The notes below the pieces were generated by a model. The model did no database searches. It was not told where the DNA came from and saw nothing but the letters and a program-made list of their open reading frames with translations. A program made the position numbers and the translations under genes. 64,000 nt of DNA from Candidatus Woesearchaeota archaeon (GTDB lineage Archaea; Nanobdellota; Nanobdellia; SCGC-AAA011-G17; JAGVXY01): positions 1,466-65,465 of the forward strand of contig JAGVXY010000011.1 of the NCBI GenBank assembly GCA_018303545.1, read 5' to 3'. How positions within the stretch are numbered: position 1 is the stretch's first letter; the number at the start of each line of letters is the position of its first letter. Shown here in pieces: positions 19,272 through 28,205 of the stretch.

Positions 19272-20381
19272 TTAAATTATTTTATTATAGACTTGTTCTG
19301 ATAAGGGATCGTTTAATTTGCCTTTTAGATATAATGATATATTTTTACGATTTGTAATTAATTTTAATAAATTAAATGAGTTATATTCATTTATTTTTTG
19401 TATTAAATCTTGGTCCTCATGAGTTTTTTTAATGGCTATCTTATTTGAAAGAGATTGATTCCAATCGGAATTTTTATGTTTCCAACTTAAAGAAGATAAA
19501 AGTAAAGCTCGATTAAATTCAGGACTTATGTCTTGATATTCTCCCTTCGTTATGTTCTCTATATTCCTAGGATTAATTATATATGAAGGAAGTATCAATT
19601 CAACATTATTATTCTTTTCAGGATTTAATGAATAATATAGTGCATACGTTAAAGAAATTTGCCAAGCAACATGATTACTTCCTATTATATGTATAGCCAT
19701 AGACTCCGATCCATATGCTAATCCATCCAAACAATTTTGCCACCAGAAATCGACATCTAGACCGTATTTTTTTCCGCTTATGGCCGTATATGTGGGACAA
19801 TCTCTATTATGTCTCGAAACTAAAAATCTATTTTTTTGTATATGTTTTATATGTGTTTCAACTTCTTTTTGCATAAAGTCAGGAATAACCTTTGGGGGCA
19901 CTATTGTTTTCGGGTAGGTGATAGTTAAACAATCTTCTCTTAAGGGGATTACAGGTGTTTCACAAAGCTTACAGACCATATTATCTCCATATGTAGAATA
20001 AAACCTTGCTTTGGGATTTGGTTCTACTTCATTCAACATTTCTACTTTACCACATTCACACCTTTTTACTAATGTACTCTCTTCTTTCATTATTCCGATT
20101 TTTTCTAATTTTTTTATAGTTGTAAATAACTGAGACATATTTTCTCCATCAATCCAGATTTGTTCGGGATTATCTATAGAAACGGTCGATAGTGCCTGTA
20201 CAAAATTGGGTGCTAAGTCTATTCGGTCTTGATATGAATCTAATGTATTTAACAATATATAAGACTGAGAATCGGGAATTAGTTTATTAAATGCATCCGC
20301 AAGAACAGGGGACATTAAAATACCCAAAGGGGGGACTATTTTTCTAGTTCCAAGAGGAAATGTAGTTATAATATGCTTCAT
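19272..20381 (-). CDS. Degenerate MetRS-like class I aaRS catalytic-domain protein with Zn knuckle
   Basis: ITTFP...PPLGI...LADAF, CECG...CKLC, FLVSR, VDFWW, HIIGSNH; no intact HIGH or KMSKS and no anticodon domain. Confidence 0.55.
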   Translation of the reverse strand: MKHIITTFPLGTRKIVPPLGILMSPVLADAFNKLIPDSQSYILLNTLDSYQDRIDLAPNFVQALSTVSIDNPEQIWIDGENMSQLFTTIKKLEKIGIMKEESTLVKRCECGKVEMLNEVEPNPKARFYSTYGDNMVCKLCETPVIPLREDCLTITYPKTIVPPKVIPDFMQKEVETHIKHIQKNRFLVSRHNRDCPTYTAISGKKYGLDVDFWWQNCLDGLAYGSESMAIHIIGSNHVAWQISLTYALYYSLNPEKNNNVELILPSYIINPRNIENITKGEYQDISPEFNRALLLSSLSWKHKNSDWNQSLSNKIAIKKTHEDQDLIQKINEYNSFNLLKLITNRKNISLYLKGKLNDPLSEQVYNKII

Positions 20382-20599
20382 TTTATATTATGTTACAAGT
20401 AATAGTATTTAAATCTTTAGTTTTTTGCCACCAAAAAGTGACTACAATATTTAAAGTTTTTGTGATTTATGCCCTATTTTCAATTGCCCCTGCTTTATGA
20501 CTTTTTTAGATTATTCTCCATTATTCTAATGAATTAAATTATCTCTCGTCTAATCGCAAACATGTTCGTTCAGGGCTATTTTACGAAGCAGGTGATAGG

Positions 20600-20688
20600 A
20601 AGTTTAATAAATAATAGAAATATTGGCATTACTTAATAGGTAAATAATACAGTGGTTTGATATTGCGTGGATATCCGTGTCCCCCGCA
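20600..20688 (+). repeat. 89-bp direct repeat copy 1 (attR-like, ends in tRNA-Leu 3' tail)
   Basis: 4 mismatches to copy 2 at 24546-24634; last 11 nt are identical to the tRNA 3' end. Confidence 0.95.
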
Positions 20689-20701
20689 GGTCTTTCTAAA
20701 A

Positions 20702-21103
20702 TCATCCCTTTATCTTCTCGTAAATCTCATTTAGGGATTTTTCTTTATATTCACTTTTAGGCCAAGTATCCAAATTATCTCCTTTAAATCTTGGAACTAA
20801 GTGCAAATGAAAATGAAAAACTGACTGTTGTGCTTCTTTTCCACTTGCATGCAATATGTTGATTCCCATAGCACCCAGTTTTTTTCTTATCTGCATTGAA
20901 ACTTTCTTTGCGGCAAGAATTATATTGGCTAGAGTCGCTTCATCAATTTCAAAAATATCTTTATAATGTTTCTTTGGTATCACAAGACAATGTCCTTTAG
21001 TGAGAGGATTTATGTCCAACATACAGATCACATTATCATCTTCATATAATTTATATGATGGAATTCTATTTGCAATGATTTCACAAAATATGCATTTTTC
21101 CAT
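20702..21103 (-). CDS. HIT family nucleotide hydrolase (Hint-like)
   Basis: CIFC, DINP..KGH.LVIPK, HFHLHLVPR. Confidence 0.95.
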   Translation of the reverse strand: MEKCIFCEIIANRIPSYKLYEDDNVICMLDINPLTKGHCLVIPKKHYKDIFEIDEATLANIILAAKKVSMQIRKKLGAMGINILHASGKEAQQSVFHFHLHLVPRFKGDNLDTWPKSEYKEKSLNEIYEKIKG

Positions 21104-21180
21104 ATTAAATAATCTCCATTAAAATAGATATAATTCTGATTGCTTTTAAATTTTTTCCTTTATTTTGATTTTTGTTAAAT

Positions 21181-22209
21181 TTACTTGATTCCATCTTGTT
21201 TAAACAGTACCTTTATTGTATTTGCTTGTTTATTGCTCATTATTTCAACTCCTCTATTGAATTCTGAAAGAGGCAAAATATGGGTAATTATTTTTTTCAT
21301 ATCTATTTCTCCGTTTTTCATTAATTCTAATGCGATATCAAATTCATTTTTGCCATTATAATAACTATAAGAATTAGTCCCCAAAAGCAATGCTTCCTTA
21401 TAGAATAAATCTCTCAGTGGGATATTACCATTAAAATTTTCGGGAAATACTCCGCTTACAAGAATTTGTCCTTTTGGTTTAATAAGTCTTATTGCATCCA
21501 ATACAGTTTTATCTTGTTCTTTTCCAATCGCCTCGAATATTAAATCAAAAATATTTGAAGATAATTTATTAATTGAACGGGGAATAATAAATTTACTGTC
21601 TAAGGATTCTACAAACATTTGATTATGTTTTCCAACAACTGTGACATCATTCTTCTGTTTAACTAATTGTAAATAAGTTAGTGCCACAGCACCATCCCCA
21701 TAAATTAGTATATTCTTATTTAGAGGTTTATTAGACAGATTCCATGAATGTACAGCAACCGCCGCAACGTCAGTTAATGCCGCTTCTTCAATTGATAATC
21801 CATTTGGGATTTTCCTTAAGTTTCTTGCTGGCACCAATACATATTCAGCAAATGCCCCATCCAATTCCTTACCTATGGATTTTAGGTTTTCACAAAATTG
21901 ATAATTTCCCTGTATACAATAATTACATTCTTGGCAATATATCAAAGGTATAGCTGTAACTTTATCCCCTACTTTTAGACTTGAATCATTAGCATTGATT
22001 TCTACAACCGAACCAGCGAATTCATGCCCCAGGATAGCCGTTTTTAGATATGTTTGCGGTTCGATATTTGACCTAATTTTGTGCATATCACTACCACATA
22101 AGCCTACTGCCTCTACTCGAACAAGAGCCATATCGGGTTTATCTAAAACTAAATTATCCAATTCGCCATATTCTGGTTTTTTCAATTTAACTAATGATAT
22201 GCCTTTCAT
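21181..22209 (-). CDS. Zn-dependent medium-chain dehydrogenase (sorbitol/threonine DH-like)
   Basis: GLCGSD, GHEFAG, CQECNYC...C structural Zn site, GDGAVA, ITH..PL. Confidence 0.92.
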   Translation of the reverse strand: MKGISLVKLKKPEYGELDNLVLDKPDMALVRVEAVGLCGSDMHKIRSNIEPQTYLKTAILGHEFAGSVVEINANDSSLKVGDKVTAIPLIYCQECNYCIQGNYQFCENLKSIGKELDGAFAEYVLVPARNLRKIPNGLSIEEAALTDVAAVAVHSWNLSNKPLNKNILIYGDGAVALTYLQLVKQKNDVTVVGKHNQMFVESLDSKFIIPRSINKLSSNIFDLIFEAIGKEQDKTVLDAIRLIKPKGQILVSGVFPENFNGNIPLRDLFYKEALLLGTNSYSYYNGKNEFDIALELMKNGEIDMKKIITHILPLSEFNRGVEIMSNKQANTIKVLFKQDGIK

Positions 22210-22215
22210 TTTATA

Positions 22216-23328
22216 TTACCTCAAATAATTATCCAACTGAGATTTATTGCCCCCAGTTGAATGGATAACCTCAATAAGTTTGTCTAACACAGCACCACTT
22301 TTAATTACCTTTTTCGCAAGATTAAATCCATCTTTTAAATCTCTTGCCTTTTCAGCAAGATATAAAATTGTCCCTGCATTTATACATACTATATCTTCTC
22401 TTGGTTTTTCGCCATATCCTCTGATCACATCAACACAATATTGTACATTAGCCTTTAATGAATCTCCTTCTGCTATATGGTGAGGTTCGTATTGTGGAAG
22501 GTTCAATTCTTCAGTAGGCCTAAAAATTATTAATTTTCCTATTTTACCATTCTTTATTCCAACTAATCTTGTAGTGCCATAAATTCCCATTTCATCAAGA
22601 TAATGGATATCATCATTCGTGGCAGATACAACCATCGCATTTTGAATGTCAAATTCTTTTAAAACACGTATCGAAGTTTCTACATCTGGATGTGCCAAAC
22701 CATAGAGAAAATTATCAAAATGAACCGGTGTAAGTAAAGCAGCCAAACCAAAACTTAATGTATGTGGTACATAGAATTTCTTTCCATAGACGTTATCAAA
22801 TTTAGGTATAAGATTTTCTATGCAAAAAGCGCCAAATCCGGTATCTTTAATTGTTTTAATCATCTTTTCTGTAGGAATATCTATATTCACTCCTAATTCT
22901 CTCAACAAGTCAGCAGAACCCGTCATCGAGCTTGTTGAAGAAGAAACAGGCTTAGCAGTATATGCTCCTGCTGCAGTGGCCAAAAGCATTGCTGGAGTGG
23001 ATATGTTCATAGTTTTAAATCCTTTTTTTCCACTTCCAATTGCCCCAACAAGTTTTTCATTTGACGGTAAATCAATTTTTATTTTATCATAAGGCAAAAA
23101 ATTGTCCAATTTAAAAGCACATTTAAGCAAGGTAACGATTTCTTCTACTTTTGGTCCTTTAGCCATTATCCCCGTCAATAAGGCGCCCAACTGAACATCC
23201 CTCGCCAAAACATTATCACAATTAAGAATTTTATCAAACGCTTTCTCTAATAAGGTTAAATTAATTTCTGAACCAACATTTAAGCGATACAATACTTCAC
23301 TTATAAATCCATTATTATCATTTGCCAT
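22216..23328 (-). CDS. Divergent anthranilate phosphoribosyltransferase-like (TrpD fold) protein
   Basis: QLGALL...KG, GSGKKG.KTMNIST, SS.TGSADLL.ELGV, LDE, NAG..LY. The ATG at 23328 overlaps the upstream stop (TAATG) and has an AGGTGG SD. Confidence 0.8.
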   Translation of the reverse strand: MANDNNGFISEVLYRLNVGSEINLTLLEKAFDKILNCDNVLARDVQLGALLTGIMAKGPKVEEIVTLLKCAFKLDNFLPYDKIKIDLPSNEKLVGAIGSGKKGFKTMNISTPAMLLATAAGAYTAKPVSSSTSSMTGSADLLRELGVNIDIPTEKMIKTIKDTGFGAFCIENLIPKFDNVYGKKFYVPHTLSFGLAALLTPVHFDNFLYGLAHPDVETSIRVLKEFDIQNAMVVSATNDDIHYLDEMGIYGTTRLVGIKNGKIGKLIIFRPTEELNLPQYEPHHIAEGDSLKANVQYCVDVIRGYGEKPREDIVCINAGTILYLAEKARDLKDGFNLAKKVIKSGAVLDKLIEVIHSTGGNKSQLDNYLR

Positions 23329-24380
23329 TATTTCCACCTTGAACAAATATCAATTAGCATTTCACAGTAATCTTTCTTAGCCTTTTTCCATTTGGATTTC
23401 CCCTTTAGACAAGCCAAATAATTATTTTTCAGTTCTTTAGGATTCAAATAACTTGCTGAAGCCATCATTTGAAAAACAACGTTATTTTCGGGTTTATCAT
23501 AATCTCCCTCTCCATTCATAATCTTATCTTTTATTTCATTTGCTTTCATATCTAATGTAATTCCAGACTTTGGAAAACTCTTTGACATTTTAGGATAATT
23601 ATAAAAACCTTTAATAATTGAAGAATAAATTCCAGATAAAATCATATTGAAACCATTTAAATTCCTATCTGATTTCATACGTGAAACAGTCTCTTTTCCA
23701 AATTGAACATATTTATGTTCATCAATTCCAAGCATTACCAAAACATTTTCAAACCCTAATCCTGTGTGAAGATGAATAAAATCCGCAGTCATTAAATTAA
23801 GGGATAATTTTCTACGGTAACTCATATCCGAATCAACTTTTCCATTATTATGGTAAAACTCATGAAGATCTTCTTCAGAATCATTAAACATCTGATCTTC
23901 CATATAATGCCCAATAATATAAGAGGTTCTTAAAACATCTAATGAATTATATTGTGACCTTAATATTGAGGGGGATTTATCATCAAAACCTAACTGGATT
24001 ATAAATTGCTTATACCTCTCTACAAGCTCAAGCGTCTCGGAAAGTGACCTTGACTTGCCATTATATGCATCTAAATCACCGAGAACCATATTTACAGGCA
24101 TGCCTTCTCTTTGTAATATTACAGAACGCATTATTTGAGATAATGTGCCTACGTGGGGTATTCCTGACAATCCAAAACCAGTACTTACAATTACTTTTTT
24201 TCCTTCATTTAAATCTTTAGCGTAAATGTTTGCATCATGATGGCAAAGCCATCTCCTCTGTAAATCTTCTTCAGTTAATTTACCAAGAGAAAAATTTATC
24301 TTACCAAACTTTAATGGGTCATATCCAAACTCAGACATTATTCCGTTATAATAAGCCTCATCAAATTGTATTTTTAACAT
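23328..24380 (-). CDS. Divergent TrpRS/TyrRS-like class Ic aminoacyl-tRNA synthetase paralog
   Basis: TGFGLSGIPHVGT (HIGH variant), ADF, GIDEH, intact KMSKS. Confidence 0.8.
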   Translation of the reverse strand: MLKIQFDEAYYNGIMSEFGYDPLKFGKINFSLGKLTEEDLQRRWLCHHDANIYAKDLNEGKKVIVSTGFGLSGIPHVGTLSQIMRSVILQREGMPVNMVLGDLDAYNGKSRSLSETLELVERYKQFIIQLGFDDKSPSILRSQYNSLDVLRTSYIIGHYMEDQMFNDSEEDLHEFYHNNGKVDSDMSYRRKLSLNLMTADFIHLHTGLGFENVLVMLGIDEHKYVQFGKETVSRMKSDRNLNGFNMILSGIYSSIIKGFYNYPKMSKSFPKSGITLDMKANEIKDKIMNGEGDYDKPENNVVFQMMASASYLNPKELKNNYLACLKGKSKWKKAKKDYCEMLIDICSRWK

Positions 24381-24545
24381 TTTTTGTCTCCGTAATCTGT
24401 ATGACTATCAAAATAGAGTATATAAACCTTTCTATTATTGTAACTAAATAGTAGTTATAAATAATCATTTTAAAGGCAACCTATTAACAGAATAGTCTAC
24501 AAGGGATAAGTAGGCAAATTTGAAATATTCTCCCCTGATTTTAGA

Positions 24546-24634
24546 AAGTTTAATAAATAATATAAATATTGGCATGACTCAATAGGTAAATAATATAGTG
24601 GTTTGATATTGCGTGGATATCCGTGTCCCCCGCA
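24546..24634 (+). repeat. 89-bp direct repeat copy 2 (attR-like, ends in tRNA-Leu 3' tail)
   Basis: Matches copy 1; followed by T-rich TTATTCTTTTT, like a tRNA trailer or terminator. Confidence 0.95.
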
Positions 24635-24717
24635 TTATTCTTTTTCAATATCATAACCAAAATTTACTTGCTTCCACGCTCTAAAATATAGCTCTATTAT
24701 TTTTTTTAGAAAACTTA

Positions 24718-25860
24718 TTAATTTTCATTATCAATTAAAACTTCTAATGAATCTGAGCAGTTATTTTTAGCCAAATCATAAGCAGTGACTTTAATTGTAT
24801 AAGAACCATTCTTTAAAATGGTAGTATCCCAGTACCCCTCTTTACTTGGTACACCTTTAATAATATTCGTCAATACATAGACATTGTTTTTTACTTGGTA
24901 TTCTCTTTCACCGAGGGCAAATATTGCAAGATAACTTTCCATTAGACTCTTTCTGATAGTATCAAAATTATCGGAGGATTTATAATCTCCAGGTAAGGCA
25001 TAGTGAAAATTACTGTTTTCATTTAGTTGATTCAATAACCAAACTTCATCTATTTTGTCATGTTTACTATCAAAGATTTCATATTTTATTTCTGCAATCC
25101 CGGGCAAATATTCTTTTTCATTAAAGCTCCCAATTTGACCCATAAAATCTGCAGCTCTTGCAGTTATATCAACTTTGCCTTTTACTTTCCAAGGTAAAAT
25201 AGTTTTATCAACAGAACCATCCTTTTCCGAGATTATATCAATTGATCCAGGATTATCATACTGATGTATTAAAATTGGGTTAACTTCATCTTTTATTAAT
25301 CCTGATTTAATCAAAAGCGATAAAGGATTTTCACTAGGACAAATAAAATAATCAAAATAGGTTAAATCTTTATTAATTTTTATTCTTTTTTCTTTAGTTA
25401 CCATAAGATGCAAATGGGGAATATTCATAAATCCGGGTTCAGATTTCTCAGCGAGATAGCCTATTAAGTCACCAGGGGATACCTTACTTTTAATGGGAAC
25501 TTGGGAATCAGTGATATGGCCATATATATCATAAGTCTTACTTCCAACATAGATTATAATTCTATCCTTGCCTATTTCCTGAATTATGCCTGATCTCATT
25601 GCAAATACAGGAGTTTTAATATTATCCGAACTGTTGTTTGGAACATTTGTTGCAATATCAATTCCCGAATGAAAATAAAATCCACCCCATTGAAATTCTG
25701 CATCTCCATATCCCCTTAAAATTCCATTATAATATTCTTTACTTATTGGCATAACGGTAGGAAGTTCTGCTTTCAGGTTTATTTTAGGATTTAAAGAAAC
25801 AACAAAACCAAGAAGTGATCCTACAAGCCCAAGAATAGCCATTTTAAAAATTTTTCTCAT
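24718..25860 (-). CDS. Secreted M23 family metallopeptidase with C-terminal Ig-like domain
   Basis: Signal/TM; HSGID (HxxxD), YGHI, PHLH (HxH); WDTT...NG.YTIKVTAYD.A.N. Confidence 0.85.
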   Translation of the reverse strand: MRKIFKMAILGLVGSLLGFVVSLNPKINLKAELPTVMPISKEYYNGILRGYGDAEFQWGGFYFHSGIDIATNVPNNSSDNIKTPVFAMRSGIIQEIGKDRIIIYVGSKTYDIYGHITDSQVPIKSKVSPGDLIGYLAEKSEPGFMNIPHLHLMVTKEKRIKINKDLTYFDYFICPSENPLSLLIKSGLIKDEVNPILIHQYDNPGSIDIISEKDGSVDKTILPWKVKGKVDITARAADFMGQIGSFNEKEYLPGIAEIKYEIFDSKHDKIDEVWLLNQLNENSNFHYALPGDYKSSDNFDTIRKSLMESYLAIFALGEREYQVKNNVYVLTNIIKGVPSKEGYWDTTILKNGSYTIKVTAYDLAKNNCSDSLEVLIDNEN

Positions 25861-26023
25861 TTTGCAGAGTAAACGGAATGGGGTAATTATTTAAACTTTT
25901 TGTAAAAATTAGTTTTTTAACAGACAATTTAAGATAATCTCTTTGATAACAAAAATACAAAGAGGCATATTAATTCGAGGTTATACAATATAAATTATAA
26001 TGGTCCTTTATGCCTCATGCTGT

Positions 26024-26683
26024 TTATAAATTCTTTAAATTCGTAAGAACAAACTTTCTCATATCCATATTAATTGCTTTTTCATGTTTATAATCAATAT
26101 ATTTAGCAACACCAGAATTCATTATTTGATCAAGCATATGCATTTTCCTAACAAAGAATACTTGTGCCTGTTCAGTCATATTCTTATTTTCGAGTTCTTT
26201 CATTGAGGCATGCAGCCTAAGTGACTCATTTTTGTAATGTTTTAATTCAATTAAAAACAATTTAGAACTAAATATTTTTTTATCTGTCTCTTCCTTATCT
26301 TTTTCAATTTTATTCTTTAATTTTTCCAGTTCCTTGGCATCCACTTTTGCATCAAGAACGCAAGGATATCTGTTTTGCATAGATTCTTTTCTCTTTTCAT
26401 CAGCCGCAACATTTTCAGGGAATAATCTGCATGTAGAAGGCCTAATATCATAAATCTTGCATCCATCTCCTAAAAAAGCGCAAGGATTTTTCAAAGCAAT
26501 CCCCACTCTATACAAAGAAGGCGGTTGAACCGTAAAAGGCGCAATTCTGCAGTATATATCAAAAGCCTTGTCTAAAGTCAGTTTCTTCTCTTTAGCAATT
26601 AATTTAAGGTCTTCTAGCTGCACTTCAATTGGCATCATAGAATCTTTACAACATAGCTTCTCGCAATCCTTGCAATTAATCAT
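26024..26683 (-). CDS. YkgJ-family cysteine cluster (CxxCxxCC) protein
   Basis: CKDCEKLCC; CAFL..GCKIY..RP.TCRLFP. Confidence 0.88.
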   Translation of the reverse strand: MINCKDCEKLCCKDSMMPIEVQLEDLKLIAKEKKLTLDKAFDIYCRIAPFTVQPPSLYRVGIALKNPCAFLGDGCKIYDIRPSTCRLFPENVAADEKRKESMQNRYPCVLDAKVDAKELEKLKNKIEKDKEETDKKIFSSKLFLIELKHYKNESLRLHASMKELENKNMTEQAQVFFVRKMHMLDQIMNSGVAKYIDYKHEKAINMDMRKFVLTNLKNL

Positions 26684-26728
26684 AAAGAGAAATAAATCAA
26701 CGTTTCTTTTTAAAACTTTTGGGTAAAT

Positions 26729-28036
26729 TTACCTAGATTTATTAAAACGAGATCTGTTGCCAAATCCCCTTGGTCTTTCGCCAAATCTGCGATTGCCGCC
26801 AAATCCGCCATTACCCCTATTACCGCTAAATCCGCCACGACCTCCGCCCCTATTGCCGCCAAAGCCGCGATTGCGGTTAAATCCACGATTATCATTTCTT
26901 TCTCTAGGTTCATATTTGATTTGTACTCTTTCAACCTCAGGAGTCTCTTCTTTCTTAATTCTTACATGATTGTCTCTTAAGACTCTTGAAAAATTATCAT
27001 GATCTTTTTCAGAAAGCAGATTTACAGCCATTCCGTCGCTTCCAGCCCTTGCAGTTCTCCCAATTCTGTGAATATACTGCTTGCTTTCTTTAGGTATGTC
27101 ATAATTATAAACATGAGTTACACCTTTGACATCTAATCCTCTTGCTGCAACATCAGTGCAGATAATTACATCAAATTTTTGTGAATGAAACATTTCCATC
27201 ACTTGATTTCTTTTTTCTTGTGAGTGTCCGCCATGCAAAGAAAGTGCATTTATCTCTGCTCCCCTTAAGGTTCTTGTCACAAACTCTGTACTCATTCTTG
27301 AATTGCAGAATACCATTGCTAGCCCCATTTTTGTATTTTTCAAAAGATGAGCTAAAATAGATATCTTCATTTTATCTTCAACATTGTAATAAATTTGCGC
27401 CAACTTACTCGGATCAACCTGTGATTCAGCTTCAATCCTTTGCGGATTTCGCATATATTTTCTTGCCAAATCAATTATTGAAGTAGAAATAGTTGCAGAA
27501 AATAACAGAGTCTGCCTTTCATTAGGACATCTTGTTATGATTTTTCTTACATCATCTATAAATCCCATATCAAACATTCTATCAGCTTCATCCAAAACAA
27601 ATATCTTGATCTTACTTAGATCTAAAGTTCGTCTCTGCATATGGTCTAAAACTCTTCCAGGAGTTCCGACAACAACATCTGCATAGTGTAATGCTTTCAT
27701 CTGTGGATTTATTGACACTCCCCCATAAATAGTTGCCATATTCAGTGGCTTGTATTTTGAAAATGCTTTCAAATCTTTGCATACTTGCTCAGCAAGTTCT
27801 CTTGTGGGAACTAAAACCATTGCTTGTATGCCTTTGCCTTGAGAAATATTTTGAATAACTCCTGCACCAAATGCAAGTGTCTTTCCAGAACCTGTTGCAG
27901 ATTGTGCAATTACATCTTCTCCAGCAAGTACCAAAGGTATCGCTTTTTTCTGAATCAGCCCTGGCTGTTCAAATTTCATTTCCTCTATTACTTTTAATAT
28001 TGGGTCGCTTAGACCTAATTCTTTAAAATTTTCCAT
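26729..28036 (-). CDS. DEAD-box RNA helicase with RG/NRG-rich tail
   Basis: ATGSGKT, PTRELA, TPGR, DEAD, SAT, ARGLD, HRIGRTAR. Confidence 0.97.
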   Translation of the reverse strand: MENFKELGLSDPILKVIEEMKFEQPGLIQKKAIPLVLAGEDVIAQSATGSGKTLAFGAGVIQNISQGKGIQAMVLVPTRELAEQVCKDLKAFSKYKPLNMATIYGGVSINPQMKALHYADVVVGTPGRVLDHMQRRTLDLSKIKIFVLDEADRMFDMGFIDDVRKIITRCPNERQTLLFSATISTSIIDLARKYMRNPQRIEAESQVDPSKLAQIYYNVEDKMKISILAHLLKNTKMGLAMVFCNSRMSTEFVTRTLRGAEINALSLHGGHSQEKRNQVMEMFHSQKFDVIICTDVAARGLDVKGVTHVYNYDIPKESKQYIHRIGRTARAGSDGMAVNLLSEKDHDNFSRVLRDNHVRIKKEETPEVERVQIKYEPRERNDNRGFNRNRGFGGNRGGGRGGFSGNRGNGGFGGNRRFGERPRGFGNRSRFNKSR

Positions 28037-28205
28037 TTTATATTTTTTAATAGAAAGAACGTATCCTTTCCAAAAGAATATCTCCTTTCTGTCTCCTTTT
28101 CAATATACCAAGTCGATTGCCTTTATAAAGGTTTCTGTTATATTAGTTACTGTTTAATGGTAATTACCCAAAAAGCTTATAAACCTGCTTAAATCTAGGA
28201 AATAG

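Larger units (their letters stand above)
15566..20688. mobile_element. Cassette 1 integrated at the tRNA-Leu 3' end (no integrase visible)
   Basis: Bounded by the tRNA tail TGTCCCCCGCA (15555-15565) and its copy at 20678-20688. Confidence 0.7.
20689..24634. mobile_element. Cassette 2 of the tRNA-Leu tandem array (no integrase visible)
   Basis: Lies between the two 89-bp repeats; four co-oriented genes. Confidence 0.7.

Noticed and set aside
20600-24634. 89-bp repeats as a CRISPR array or as split-tRNA 3' halves
   Set aside because: There are only two copies about 3.9 kb apart and no cas genes. They lack the TTCGA T-loop, and no orphan 5' half is visible.
26710-26969. GC-rich repeats and overlapping ORFs at the helicase 3' end
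   Set aside because: Explained by the Gly/Arg/Asn-rich low-complexity tail of the DEAD-box helicase; the other frames are shadows.
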